Source: an uncultured Alphaproteobacteria bacterium (GTDB lineage: Bacteria; Pseudomonadota; Alphaproteobacteria; Rhizobiales; Beijerinckiaceae). Taken from it: 64,000 nt of DNA. The stretch covers positions 73,055-137,054 of the forward strand of contig CAVUJV010000006.1 in assembly GCA_963741845.1 (NCBI GenBank), written 5' to 3'. The stretch's first letter is position 1. Every line of letters starts with the position of its first letter. The notes beneath the pieces are model-generated. The model was not told the origin of the DNA. It made no database searches and saw nothing but the letters and a program-made list of their open reading frames with translations. A program made the position numbers and the translations under genes. Positions 54,653 to 64,000 of this stretch are shown here, piece by piece.

Positions 54653-54966
54653 TTCCTCCTGACGGTCGTGGCGGCGTTGACGATCGCATTGGTGAGATCG
54701 TCGTAGCGGCTGTTGGCTCGCGCCACGTAAATGCCGGTGAGCAGGATCGACCCGAGGATCAGGATCAGGCCGAGGATAATGCCGATCGTGATGTCGCCGC
54801 TGACCTTGGTCGCGATGACGCCCGGCGCGAAAGCGACGATGGCGATGAAGCCGTAATAGGCGATGAGCGTGATGATCGCGAGCGTCCAGCCGAAGGACTT
54901 CCGCTCGGCGACGAGGGTCTTGTAATTGGGATCGGACTCGATCCGGGACAGTGTCGTCTGGTCCAT
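54649..54966 (-). CDS. yjcH: DUF485 membrane protein (YjcH)
   Basis: Two TM segments, YVARAN motif, ATGA coupling to actP. Confidence 0.9.
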   Translation of the reverse strand: MDQTTLSRIESDPNYKTLVAERKSFGWTLAIITLIAYYGFIAIVAFAPGVIATKVSGDITIGIILGLILILGSILLTGIYVARANSRYDDLTNAIVNAATTVRRK

Positions 54967-55084
54967 GCTTCCTCCTCGCGGGGGCCGCCGCCTCGCCACT
55001 GACCGGCGCGTCCTGTGGCTTTTTCCTGTCATCTCTTAGCCGCGAATGGGGCGCTGCGTCGACACTGGCGACTCTAAGCACTTC

Positions 55085-55134
55085 GTCTAGCGAAGACTTG
55101 CGAGGTCTAGCGAAGACTTGCGAGGCGCCTCGCA
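55085..55134. repeat. Exact 20-bp tandem duplication overlapping a 16-bp palindrome
   Basis: GTCTAGCGAAGACTTGCGAG x2 (55085-55124); TGCGAGGCGCCTCGCA (55119-55134). Confidence 0.85.
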
Positions 55135-55207
55135 GAGGGATCGGGGGCCTTGCGCCGACCCCGGTTTGGCCGCATTGGTCGGCGAGACAGGCCTTTCGAA
55201 GAGCCCG

Positions 55208-55880
55208 ATGCCCCCACTACCGCCCGTTCCCCTCTGTTCGATCTACCTCGTCACGCCTCTGCTGCGTCGGAATGACGCGGCCGCTTTCGCGCGGACCTTC
55301 GCCGATGTCCTCGCCGCGGCTCCCGTCGCTTCGGCGCTCGCGCGTTTCGCGCCGGGCGCGGAGGCGGATGCGAAGGCGATCGCCGCGCCGCTGATCGCCG
55401 CCGCCTCGGCCCGCGATTGCGCGCTCCTTCTGGAAGGGAATGCCCGCCTCGCCGCGCGGCTCGGCGCCGACGGGGTCCATGTGGAGGGCGCGGGCGAAGC
55501 GCTCGAAGAGGCGCTGGAAAGCCTCAAGCCTGAACGGATCGTCGGCGCCGGCGCTCTGGCGAGCCGGGACGAGGCGATGACGGCGGGAGACATGGGCGCC
55601 GATTATGTGATGTTCGGCGAGCCCTTCGGGGACGGCGGGACGCCGCCGCTGCCGGCGCTGGTCGAGCGCGTCGGCTGGTGGGCGGAGATCTTCGAGACCC
55701 CCTGCGTCGCCTTTGCCGAATTCGGCGGAAGCCGCCGGATCGCTCGCCCGCGCCGGGGCCGATTTCGTCGCGCTCGACGCCGCGATCTGGCAGGCGCCGT
55801 CGCCGGCCGACGCCCTCCGCCGCATCGCGGACCTGCTCAGGCAGGTCCAGGCGGAAAGGTCGGCGGAGGCGGGACGATGA
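55208..55880 (+). CDS. Thiamine phosphate synthase-like (ThiE/TenI) protein, one frameshift near 55721
   Basis: [44 protein letters not shown]. Confidence 0.85.
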
Positions 55881-56887
55881 GGCGGATGGCGCTCGCGGCC
55901 CTGGCGCTCGCGGCCGCGGCCGGCGCGGCCTTTGCGCAGGAAACCTCCGCGCCCGCCCCGGGCGCAGCCCCTGGTCTCCCGTTCGGCGGCCTCGGCGAGC
56001 TCGCCCAGCCGCAGCAGACGCCGTTGCCGCCCCGGGCGGACGGCAAGCCGCCCGATCTCGCCTTCGGCGCCTATCAGCGGGGAAACTTCCTCTATGCGCT
56101 CAGGGAGGCGGAGCGCCGCCTCGACGACAATCCCAAGGACGCGGCGGCAATGGCCCTGATCGGGTCGATCTACCGCGACGGGGCGGCCGTCGGCCGCAAC
56201 GACCTCGAAGCGTCGCGCTGGTACCGGCTCGCGAGCAATCTCGGCAACGCGGGCGCCGCCTATGAGCTTGGCGTCCTTCTGCTTCAGGGCGCTCCCAACC
56301 TGCCGAAAGACCAGGCCGCCGCCAAGGCGCAATTCGAGCGGGCGGCGGCCAAGGACCATGCCGGCGCGCTCTATAACCTCGGCGTCATGGCGCTCGATTC
56401 GAGCAACGGCCACAAGCCGGATTTCGAGGCGGCGGCCGAGTATTTCAAGCGGGCGGCCCTCGCCGGCGACGACAATGGCGCCTATTCCTACGGGGTCATG
56501 CTGCGCGAGGGCAAAGGCGTTCAGCGGAATGCGACGGAAGGCGCCCACTGGCTCAAGCGGGCCTCCGACTTCGGCGTGATCGCCGGTCAGGTCGAATACG
56601 CCATTATCCTGTTCAATGGCGACGGGATTCCGAAGAACGAGGCGGAGGCCGTCCAGGTCCTGCGGACGGCGGCGATCCGGGGAAACCCGATCGCGCAGAA
56701 TCGCCTCGCGCATCTCTATGTCGTGGGCCGCGACGTTCCGCGCGACCTCGCGAGGGCCGCGGCCTGGAACGCTTTGGCGAAAGGCGCTGGGCTGGCGGAC
56801 GCCGATCTCGACGCCTCCACGATGAACCTGACCGAAGACGAGCGGAAGCGCTTCATCGCGATGATGCGCACGCAGTCGGGCTTCTGA
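55877..56887 (+). CDS. Sel1-like repeat protein, secreted
   Basis: Signal peptide, AFGAYQRG, repeated A.Y.LG...G.G...A..W...A units. Confidence 0.9.
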   Translation: MRRMALAALALAAAAGAAFAQETSAPAPGAAPGLPFGGLGELAQPQQTPLPPRADGKPPDLAFGAYQRGNFLYALREAERRLDDNPKDAAAMALIGSIYRDGAAVGRNDLEASRWYRLASNLGNAGAAYELGVLLLQGAPNLPKDQAAAKAQFERAAAKDHAGALYNLGVMALDSSNGHKPDFEAAAEYFKRAALAGDDNGAYSYGVMLREGKGVQRNATEGAHWLKRASDFGVIAGQVEYAIILFNGDGIPKNEAEAVQVLRTAAIRGNPIAQNRLAHLYVVGRDVPRDLARAAAWNALAKGAGLADADLDASTMNLTEDERKRFIAMMRTQSGF

Positions 56888-57023
56888 CGCCTGCCGGACA
56901 AGGTTTGCGCCCGGAGCGCACCTCCCGCCGGCGAAACGGGCTTCTCTCCACGGGCAGAGAAGTCGTAAACTCGACCCGAACATGGCGATTGACGGCATGG
57001 CCAAAAATCCGAAGGAGTTGCCG

Positions 57024-58847
57024 ATGACCAAACTTCATGCGCGCGTTGGCGAAGTGACGGAACGGCTGGTCGAGCGCAGCAAGCCTTCACGGACGGCCTA
57101 TCTCCACCGCATCGAGGCCGCGGCGGCGCGGGCGCCGTCGCGGAAGCGGCTGGGCTGCGCCAATTTCGCCCACGGTTTCGCGGCCTGCGGGGCCGACAAG
57201 GAGGCGCTGCGTGACGGGGCAGGGCCCAATCTGGCGATCGTCACCGCCTATAACGACATGCTCTCCGCCCATCAGCCCTATGGCCGGTTCCCGGACATCA
57301 TCAAGGAGGCCGCGCGCGCGGCCGGCGGCTCCGCGCAGGTCGCGGGCGGCGTGCCCGCGATGTGCGACGGCGTCACGCAGGGCGAAAAGGGCATGGAACT
57401 GTCGCTGTTCTCGCGCGACGTCATCGCCCTTTCCACGGCGGTGGCGCTTTCGCACGACATGTTCGACGCCGCCGTCTATCTCGGCGTCTGCGACAAGATC
57501 GTTCCGGGGCTGCTGATCGGCGCCCTGTCCTTCGGGCATCTGCCGGCGGTGTTCATTCCGGCGGGTCCGATGCCCTCGGGCCTCTCGAACGACGAGAAAT
57601 CCAAGATCCGCCAGCTGCACGCCGAAGGGAAGATGAGCCGGGCGGATCTTCTGGAAGCCGAGGCGAAGGCCTATCACGCGCCCGGCACCTGCACCTTCTA
57701 CGGGACGGCCAACACCAACCAGATGCTCATGGAGATCATGGGGCTGCATCTGCCGGGCTCGTCCTTCGTGAACCCGAATACGCCGATGCGCGACGCGCTG
57801 ACCCGGCTCGGCGTCAAGCGGGCGATGGAGATTACCGCGCTCGGCAATCATTTCACGCCGATCGGCCATGTCATCGACGAGCGGGCGGTGGTCAATGGCG
57901 TCATCGGCCTGCACGCGACCGGCGGCTCGACCAATCACACGATCCATCTCGTCGCGATGGCCGCGGCGGCCGGGATCACGCTGACCTGGGAGGATTTCTC
58001 CGATCTCGCCGAGGTCACGCCGCTGCTTGCGCGCGTCTATCCCAACGGCAAGGCGGACGTGAACCATTTCCACGCGGCTGGAGGCATGGGGCTCCTCATC
58101 CGCGAGCTTCTCGGCGCCGGTCTCCTGCACGCCGAGGCGCGAACCATCTGGGGCGAGCGGATTGCGGACTATGCCGTCGAGCCGCGCCTCGACGCCGACG
58201 GCGAAATCTCCTGGGTCGAAGCGCCGAAGGACTCCGGCGACGCCAGCGTCCTGCGCGGAGCGGCCGAGCCGTTCCAGGCCACCGGGGGCCTCCGGGTGCT
58301 CGAAGGCCCGCTTGGGCGGGCGGTCATCAAGACTTCGGCGGTCGCGCCGGAGCGGCATACGATCGAAGCGCCGGCGCGCGTCTTCCACAGCCAGGAGGAA
58401 TTGCACGCCGCGTTCCGCAACGGCGAGCTCAATCGCGACGTGGTGGCGGTCGTCCGCTTCCAGGGCCCGAAGGCCATCGGGATGCCGGAACTGCACAAGC
58501 TGATGCCGCCGCTCGGCGTCCTGCAGGACCGCGGTCATCGCGTCGCGCTGGTGACGGACGGGCGGCTCTCGGGCGCATCGGGCAAGGTGCCCTCGGCGAT
58601 CCATGTGACGCCGGAAGCCGCGGCGGGCGGCGCCATCGCAAAAATCCGCGACGGCGACATCATCCGTCTCGACGCCCCCGCCGGGCGGCTCGAAATCAAG
58701 GTCGCGGCCGAGGAATGGGCCCGCAGGACGCCCGAGACCTTCGACCTTTCCGCCTCTCATGTCGGCATGGGGCGCGAGCTCTTCGGCGCCTTCCGGCGCG
58801 AGGTCAGTCCGGCCGACAAGGGCGCCGCGCTCTTTTCCGCAGCTTGA
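57024..58847 (+). CDS. edd: 6-phosphogluconate dehydratase
   Basis: [47 protein letters not shown]. Confidence 0.97.
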   Translation: MTKLHARVGEVTERLVERSKPSRTAYLHRIEAAAARAPSRKRLGCANFAHGFAACGADKEALRDGAGPNLAIVTAYNDMLSAHQPYGRFPDIIKEAARAAGGSAQVAGGVPAMCDGVTQGEKGMELSLFSRDVIALSTAVALSHDMFDAAVYLGVCDKIVPGLLIGALSFGHLPAVFIPAGPMPSGLSNDEKSKIRQLHAEGKMSRADLLEAEAKAYHAPGTCTFYGTANTNQMLMEIMGLHLPGSSFVNPNTPMRDALTRLGVKRAMEITALGNHFTPIGHVIDERAVVNGVIGLHATGGSTNHTIHLVAMAAAAGITLTWEDFSDLAEVTPLLARVYPNGKADVNHFHAAGGMGLLIRELLGAGLLHAEARTIWGERIADYAVEPRLDADGEISWVEAPKDSGDASVLRGAAEPFQATGGLRVLEGPLGRAVIKTSAVAPERHTIEAPARVFHSQEELHAAFRNGELNRDVVAVVRFQGPKAIGMPELHKLMPPLGVLQDRGHRVALVTDGRLSGASGKVPSAIHVTPEAAAGGAIAKIRDGDIIRLDAPAGRLEIKVAAEEWARRTPETFDLSASHVGMGRELFGAFRREVSPADKGAALFSAA

Positions 58848-59005
58848 GCGCGGGCGTTTCGAGGCTCCCCGTGTCCGCCATCGGCCGCGGCGTTGACAGA
58901 ACCTGTGAAAAACACAGTCGCTTGAGCCGGCTGCGCCGGGATGTTGAAGCTTCCTTCACCATTCCGGCGCGTGATGGCCTCTCCCGTCAGAGGAGAGGTT
59001 TTCTC

Positions 59006-59461
59006 ATGTCGCGTCTCTGGCTCGCCGCCGCTTTTGTCGCCGCCGCCGGCGTGACGCCGGCCCATCCCGCGGGCACTGTCATTTCCGTCACGCTCGATCA
59101 GGCCAGGATCGCACGGCTGCCGCAGGGGGCCTCCACGATCATCCTGGGGAATCCGATGATCGCGGACGTGACGCTTGTGAAAAACACCAATACGATGGTC
59201 ATCACGGGCCGGGGCTTCGGGCAGACCAACCTCATCGCCATCGATTCCACCGGCGCGGTGCTCGAGGAGCAGCAGTTGCGCGTCGTGCCGGCGCCCACCC
59301 TTGTGGTCTTGCAGAACGGGACCTCCCGCATATCCTACGCCTGCAATCCCGATTGCATGCCCACGGTGCAGCTTGGCGATGATCCGAAATCGTTTCAGGA
59401 AGCGGGAAACCAGATCGCGACCCGCAATGGCTACGCGGCGGGCGAGGCCGCGGCCAAGTAG
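59006..59461 (+). CDS. Pilus assembly protein N-terminal domain (CpaC/RcpA N-terminal-like)
   Basis: Signal peptide, IILGNPMIADV, TGRGFGQTNLI, YACNPDC. Confidence 0.85.
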   Translation: MSRLWLAAAFVAAAGVTPAHPAGTVISVTLDQARIARLPQGASTIILGNPMIADVTLVKNTNTMVITGRGFGQTNLIAIDSTGAVLEEQQLRVVPAPTLVVLQNGTSRISYACNPDCMPTVQLGDDPKSFQEAGNQIATRNGYAAGEAAAK

Positions 59462-59485
59462 GGACGCCCTGCCGGCGGCGCGCCC

Positions 59486-60265
59486 TTGCGCCATCTAGTC
59501 CTGACCGAGCCGATCGCGCGCTCGGCGGTATGGTCGCGGCGTCTGGCGATTTTTGCCGTTGCGCTCACGGCTGTCGCGATCGGGCTTTCGCGCTTTCATA
59601 AGGCCGAGCCGGCGGCGGCGCTCACCGTGTTCGGCGCGGCGCTCGCCATCGCCCTGCTCGCCGCGCTGCTCGCAGCCACGGCCGCCGTCGTGATCTGGCG
59701 GGACGGCCTTCGCGGCGCAGGGCAGGCGGCCGTGGGCCTCGTTCTCGCCGCCGCGCTCCTCGCCTATCCGGCCTATCTCGCGGGGCTCGCATTCGCGCTT
59801 CCCCGCATCACGCAGGTCTCGACCGATCTGGAATCGCCCCCGCCGTTCCTGCTCTCCTCGAAGGCGCGGGAAGCCCGCGCCGGGACCGAGCCGCCGCCGC
59901 TCGACGCAAACACCCGCGCCGCGCAGCGCCGCGCCTATCCCGAACTCGCGACCGTCCAGGTGGAGATGGACCCGAGCGGCGCCTATGAGCTTGCGCTGAG
60001 CGTCGCGAAGGACCTCGGCTGGCGTATCGTCGACTCGGAGCCTCCGAATCTCGCCGGCGACGGCGTGGCGCTGATCGAAGCGACCGCCCATTCGCTGTTC
60101 TTCGGCTTCGTCAGCGATATTGCGATCCGCATTCGGCCCAGCGCGACCGTGACCGCGATCGACGTTCGCTCCGTCTCGCGGGTCGGGGCGCATGACTTCG
60201 GCGCCAACGCGCGCCGCGTGAACCGGTTCGCCGAAGCCGCGAAGGCCGAGGCGCAGGAGCAGTAA
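59486..60265 (+). CDS. DUF1499 family membrane protein
   Basis: Three TM segments, VSTD..PP.F, QRRAYP, DVRSVSRVG.HDFGANARR. Confidence 0.85.
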   Translation: MRHLVLTEPIARSAVWSRRLAIFAVALTAVAIGLSRFHKAEPAAALTVFGAALAIALLAALLAATAAVVIWRDGLRGAGQAAVGLVLAAALLAYPAYLAGLAFALPRITQVSTDLESPPPFLLSSKAREARAGTEPPPLDANTRAAQRRAYPELATVQVEMDPSGAYELALSVAKDLGWRIVDSEPPNLAGDGVALIEATAHSLFFGFVSDIAIRIRPSATVTAIDVRSVSRVGAHDFGANARRVNRFAEAAKAEAQEQ

Positions 60266-60283
60266 AAGCTTCCCGCGGGCGGC

Positions 60284-60544
60284 CTACATCCGCGGGCCCG
60301 CCATCGTGCCGTGAACCGGGGTCCGCTGATGGAACTTGTGGCGAGTGTATCTGTGCGTTGGACGGCGGGACTCGGGGCGGCCGTGGGGATGAAGGGTCAG
60401 CGTGCTCGGGTGCATGGGAACCTTGGCGCCGGTCGCGCTTGTCGGCTTGGCGTTGGACGTCGCGGCCGTCTGGGCCGCGGCGGGCGACAGGCAGAAAGCG
60501 GCCATGAGGCCGCATGCGACCAGCCGCATCGCGGAGTTCTTCAT
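60284..60544 (-). CDS. Small secreted His/Arg-rich protein (86 aa)
   Basis: RBS AAAGGA, signal peptide ending AAA-Q, basic His-rich C-half. Confidence 0.6.
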   Translation of the reverse strand: MKNSAMRLVACGLMAAFCLSPAAAQTAATSNAKPTSATGAKVPMHPSTLTLHPHGRPESRRPTHRYTRHKFHQRTPVHGTMAGPRM

Positions 60545-60691
60545 CGGGGTCTTGTCCTTTCGCTTCGTGGCGGTCGCTCCCGGTGGACCGGTGGCGTCGC
60601 CGTCCCGGGCTCCGGAGACATACAGCGCTCGCGGGCGCGGGCAAGCCTCGGCGGATCGCGCGACGAGGACGTGGCGTTTTGCGCGGGCATT

Positions 60692-61594
60692 TCACGCCCG
60701 CCGGTAGCGGGTCTCCTCGCCTTGATCCGCGGCGACCGCGCCTCTCTCGATCAGGTCTTCGAGATGGGCCCGCGTCGAGAGGCCGGCCGCTCGCGTGAGC
60801 CTCGGATCGAGGCCGGAATAGACGCGGGCGACGAGGGCCGGGATCGTTTGCGCGCCGTCTCCGAGCGCGGTCAGGATCGAGGCTTCGCGCTGCCGGCGGT
60901 GGTGGATCAGCGCGCGCAGATAGCGCTGCGGGTCCACGACCGGACCTCCGTGCCCCGGCCAGAAGATCCGCTCGCGCCTAGCCCTCAGCTTGTCGAGCGA
61001 GGCCATGTAACGCCCCATCGATCCGTCCGGCGGGATCACCACCGAGGTCGACCAGGCCATCACATGGTCGCCGGAGAAGAGCGCGTTCTCCTCCAGAAGC
61101 GCGAAGCAGAGGTGGTTGCCGCAATGGCCGGGCGTCGCCAAAGTTTCGAGCGTGAAGCCGCGCCCCACGATTCGCTCCCCCTCGGCGAGCGCCGCGTCGG
61201 GCGCATAGGCGAGATCGTGCGACGAGTCCGGGCCTTCGCCTTCGCCGCCAAGCGGCGCGTAAGGGGGCGCGCCGACGATCCGGGCGCCCGTCCGTTCGCG
61301 CAGCCGCGCGGCGAGCGGGCTGTGGTCGCGATGGGTATGGGTGACGACGATCGTCTCGATCCGCTCGCCTTCGGTCGCGGCGAGAAGGGCGGCGAGATGC
61401 GGTTCGCTGTCGGGGCCGGGATCGATCACCGCGACATCGCCACGGCCGACGATATAGGTGCAGGTGCCGTTGAAAGTGTAGGCGGATTCGTTCGGCGCGA
61501 TGATGCGCCGCACGAGCGGGCTGAGTTCCGTCGTCTCGCGCGGCGGCGGCGTTCGCGCGTCGGCGAAGAGGTCGGGTTCCTTGTCGTCGGCCAT
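60692..61594 (-). CDS. MBL-fold metallo-hydrolase (LACTB2-like)
   Basis: IDPGP, THTHRDH, TPGH, SGDH, PGHG. Confidence 0.92.
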   Translation of the reverse strand: MADDKEPDLFADARTPPPRETTELSPLVRRIIAPNESAYTFNGTCTYIVGRGDVAVIDPGPDSEPHLAALLAATEGERIETIVVTHTHRDHSPLAARLRERTGARIVGAPPYAPLGGEGEGPDSSHDLAYAPDAALAEGERIVGRGFTLETLATPGHCGNHLCFALLEENALFSGDHVMAWSTSVVIPPDGSMGRYMASLDKLRARRERIFWPGHGGPVVDPQRYLRALIHHRRQREASILTALGDGAQTIPALVARVYSGLDPRLTRAAGLSTRAHLEDLIERGAVAADQGEETRYRRA

Positions 61595-61705
61595 CGGATG
61601 TGCTCCCGGCGCCTGTTCCCCTTAGCGCCGCCTTGTCATGATAGACGAGCGACGATAAGACGCGAACCGCGCCGCCGCCGATCGCCAGCGCTTTCCGGAG
61701 ACCTC

Positions 61706-62293
61706 ATGTCCTACGCCTTCGACTCCACGCTCGCCTCGACCCTCTGGCCCGCCCGGAGCCGCTCGCGTATCCTCAGAAACGCCGTTCTGGCCGTTGGCGG
61801 TTCGCTCCTTCTCGCCCTTTCGGCGAAGGTCCAGGTTCCCTTCTACCCGGTGCCGATGACGCTGCAGACGCTGGCGGTGCTCGTGCTCGGCGCGGCCTTC
61901 GGGGCGCGGCTCGCGGCGGCGACCGTCGCGCTTTACCTCCTCGAGGGCCTTCTCGGCCTGCCGGTGTTTGCGGGCGCCGTCGCGGGCCCGGCCTATATGG
62001 CTGGGCCGACGGGCGGCTTCCTCGTCGGCTTCCTCGTGGCGGCGGCGGCGATCGGCTGGCTGGCCGAGCGGGGCTGGGACCGGTCGTGGGCCACGCTTCT
62101 GGCGGCGATGGCGCTTGGCCATGTCCTCGTTTTCGCTTTCGGCTTCGCCTGGCTCGCGGCGCTGGTCGGTCCGGCCAAGGCTTTCGCCGTCGGCGTCGCG
62201 CCCTTCGCGCTCGCGACCGTGCTGAAGACCCTGCTCGCCTGCGCGCTCATTGGCGCCGCCTGGCGCGCGGTCGCCCAACTCCGGGACGCATAA
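61706..62293 (+). CDS. bioY: Biotin transporter BioY
   Basis: PVPMTLQT, YLLEG..GLPVFAG, GPTGGFLVGF. Confidence 0.93.
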   Translation: MSYAFDSTLASTLWPARSRSRILRNAVLAVGGSLLLALSAKVQVPFYPVPMTLQTLAVLVLGAAFGARLAAATVALYLLEGLLGLPVFAGAVAGPAYMAGPTGGFLVGFLVAAAAIGWLAERGWDRSWATLLAAMALGHVLVFAFGFAWLAALVGPAKAFAVGVAPFALATVLKTLLACALIGAAWRAVAQLRDA

Positions 62294-62310
62294 GGCGCGA
62301 GCGCTCTCCG

Positions 62311-62760
62311 ATGGCCGAATCTCCCGCCCGCGCCGAACCGCCCGGGCGGGATTTTTATGCCCGCTTCGTGCCGATCGCGACCCGGTGGGCCGACAACGAC
62401 GCCTATGGCCATCTCAACAACGTCGTCTATTACGCCCTGTTCGATTCGGCTGTGAACCAGATCCTGATCGAGGCGGGCCTGCTCGATCCCGCGACGACGC
62501 CGGTCGTCGGCCTCGTGGTCGAGAGCCATTGCCGCTTTTTCTCGAGCCTCACCTATCCCGATCCGGCCGAGGTCGGGGTGGGGATCGAGCATCTGGGCCG
62601 CTCGTCGGTGCGCTATCGGCTGGCCGTCTTCCGCGCTGGCGCGCCCCTTGCCGCGGCGGCGGGCGGATATACGCATGTCTATGTGGACCGGACGACGAAC
62701 CGGCCCGTGACCATCCCGGACGGGCATCGGCGGCTCATGGAGACGCTGAAGGTCGCATAA
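62311..62760 (+). CDS. Acyl-CoA thioesterase (4HBT family)
   Basis: RWADNDAYGHLNNVVYY, LGRSS, HVYVD. Confidence 0.92.
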   Translation: MAESPARAEPPGRDFYARFVPIATRWADNDAYGHLNNVVYYALFDSAVNQILIEAGLLDPATTPVVGLVVESHCRFFSSLTYPDPAEVGVGIEHLGRSSVRYRLAVFRAGAPLAAAAGGYTHVYVDRTTNRPVTIPDGHRRLMETLKVA

Positions 62761-62877
62761 AGCCTTGCGAGCGGGCCGCCTGACGGCCTTGATCGCGAGG
62801 CGCGTTTGAGGCATAGGAGCGCCTCCGAAATTCATCCGCCGTGGGTCTTCCCCGCGGGAAGAACCGTTGGTGCGATC

Positions 62878-63003
62878 ATGAAAGTCCGCAACTCGCTGAA
62901 GTCCTTGCGCAATCGCCATCGCGACAACCGCCTCGTGCGTCGCAAGGGCCGCGTCTACATCATCAACAAGACGCAGAAGCGCTTCAAGGCCCGGCAGGGC
63001 TGA
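62878..63003 (+). CDS. rpmJ: 50S ribosomal protein L36, type B (Zn-free, 41 aa)
   Basis: [41 protein letters not shown]. Confidence 0.97.
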   Translation: MKVRNSLKSLRNRHRDNRLVRRKGRVYIINKTQKRFKARQG

Positions 63004-63053
63004 GTCGCCCTCCGCTTTGACGCGGCGCAGCAAAGCGCGCTAGTCTTCGCCGC

Positions 63054-63674
63054 ATGCGACATCGTGCGGCGTTTTTCTTCGCAGGTCTGGCGCTGATCGC
63101 CTTCGCGGCGAGCGGCGGCGTTCGCGCCGCCGACGATGCGGGCGCGCCACGCAAGGACCCGAAAGAACAGGCCGAACCGGCGCCGAAATCGCCGGCGCAG
63201 GCCCGCGCCGAGCTTTACGCGCGCCTCGCGGAGTCGAAGGATTCCGACGAGACGGACGGGCTGGTCGGCCTTCTGCTGGCGTCCTACTCGCAATCCGGGT
63301 CGGACACCGGCGATCTCCTGCTGCAACGCGCCCGGAAGGCGATCGACCAGAAGGATTCGGACGCCGCGGGCAAGATCCTCGACGCTACCGTCGCGCTCCT
63401 GCCGAACTGGCCGGAGGGCTGGAACGCGCGGGCGACGCTCCGCTACATCGAAAACGACTACGACGGGGCCATGGCCGACATCGCGCGGACCCTCAAGCTG
63501 GAGCCGCGCCACGTCGGGGCGCTTTCCGGCATGGCGATCATCCTCGCCGATCGCGACAAGGACAAGGACGCGCTCAAGGTCTATCAGCGGCTGCTGACGA
63601 TTGCGCCGCACTGGCGGCGCGCGGAAGACGCGGCCGAAAAGCTGAAGGCGGCGATCGCGGGCCAGCCAACCTAG
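63054..63674 (+). CDS. TPR-repeat protein
   Basis: Signal peptide, QSGSDT.DLL, EGWNARAT, LEPRH.GALSG. Confidence 0.85.
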   Translation: MRHRAAFFFAGLALIAFAASGGVRAADDAGAPRKDPKEQAEPAPKSPAQARAELYARLAESKDSDETDGLVGLLLASYSQSGSDTGDLLLQRARKAIDQKDSDAAGKILDATVALLPNWPEGWNARATLRYIENDYDGAMADIARTLKLEPRHVGALSGMAIILADRDKDKDALKVYQRLLTIAPHWRRAEDAAEKLKAAIAGQPT

Positions 63675-63698
63675 ACGGCTCTCTTGCTTACGGCTCCC

Positions 63699-64000
63699 GT
63701 GCTCGCGTCCCTCGTCCTGCTCGCGGCGGTCGCCGGTCTCTTTGCTTTCACCCTGATCGAGACGCGACGGATCGAGGCGCGCTATCCGCCGATGGGCGCG
63801 CTCGTCGGCATCGACGGCCTGCCCATCCATGTCGCGGAGACGGTCGCCGAGGGCGAAGAGCGCGGCGCGGTCCTGATGATCCACGGCGCCTCCGGCAACG
63901 CCGCCGATCTTCATGTCGCGCTGGCCGGGCGACTGAGCGCCGCGGGGTTTCGCGTCCTGAGCGCCGACCGGCCGGGCCACGGCTGGAGCGCGCGCCCGAA
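63699..64000 (+). CDS. Alpha/beta hydrolase, 3'-truncated by the window
   Basis: RIEARYPP.G, LMIHGASGN, DRPGHGWS. Confidence 0.85.
   Translation, partial: MLASLVLLAAVAGLFAFTLIETRRIEARYPPMGALVGIDGLPIHVAETVAEGEERGAVLMIHGASGNAADLHVALAGRLSAAGFRVLSADRPGHGWSARP

Noticed and set aside
51947-55081. 1044-aa ActP-BdhA fusion ORF
   Set aside because: Artefact of the actP frameshift; each gene has its own start and stop, with a terminator between them.
55118-56887. ThiE-Sel1 fusion ORF
   Set aside because: Caused by the frameshift near 55721; corrected thiE ends at an ATGA overlap with the Sel1 gene.
62878-63003. Zn-free L36 as a sign of a zinc-starvation paralogue
   Set aside because: Type B L36 is the normal form in Alphaproteobacteria.

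Overview
High-GC alphaproteobacterial chromosome segment (Hyphomicrobiales-like gene content and order, Beijerinckiaceae/Roseiarcus-like by inference), mostly housekeeping and metabolic genes. No rRNA, tRNA, CRISPR array, transposase or integrase is recognisable. About 11 isolated single-base frameshifts in otherwise intact conserved genes point to long-read consensus errors, so split or fused ORFs need caution. Main content: (i) an IalB-family gene followed by a giant Gly-rich repeat autotransporter of about 3,650 aa; (ii) a bo3 quinol oxidase operon with CyoB and CyoC fused; (iii) a cassette of about 5.5 kb (WcaJ priming glycosyltransferase, exosortase, small accessory membrane protein, DUF2937 protein, protease, EcfG-type small protein) bracketed by two diverged, inverted non-coding repeats of about 350 bp that carry an IHF-like site, a hairpin and phased A/T tracts; (iv) an HlyD-RbbA-YhhJ-DUF3141-Pta/Ptb-FabI-Ppk2 block converging on yjcH-actP-bdhA-patatin, suggesting PHA/3-hydroxybutyrate turnover; (v) several unannotated small ORFs and regulatory sites (perfect CRP-type box, paired WYL-regulator palindromes).
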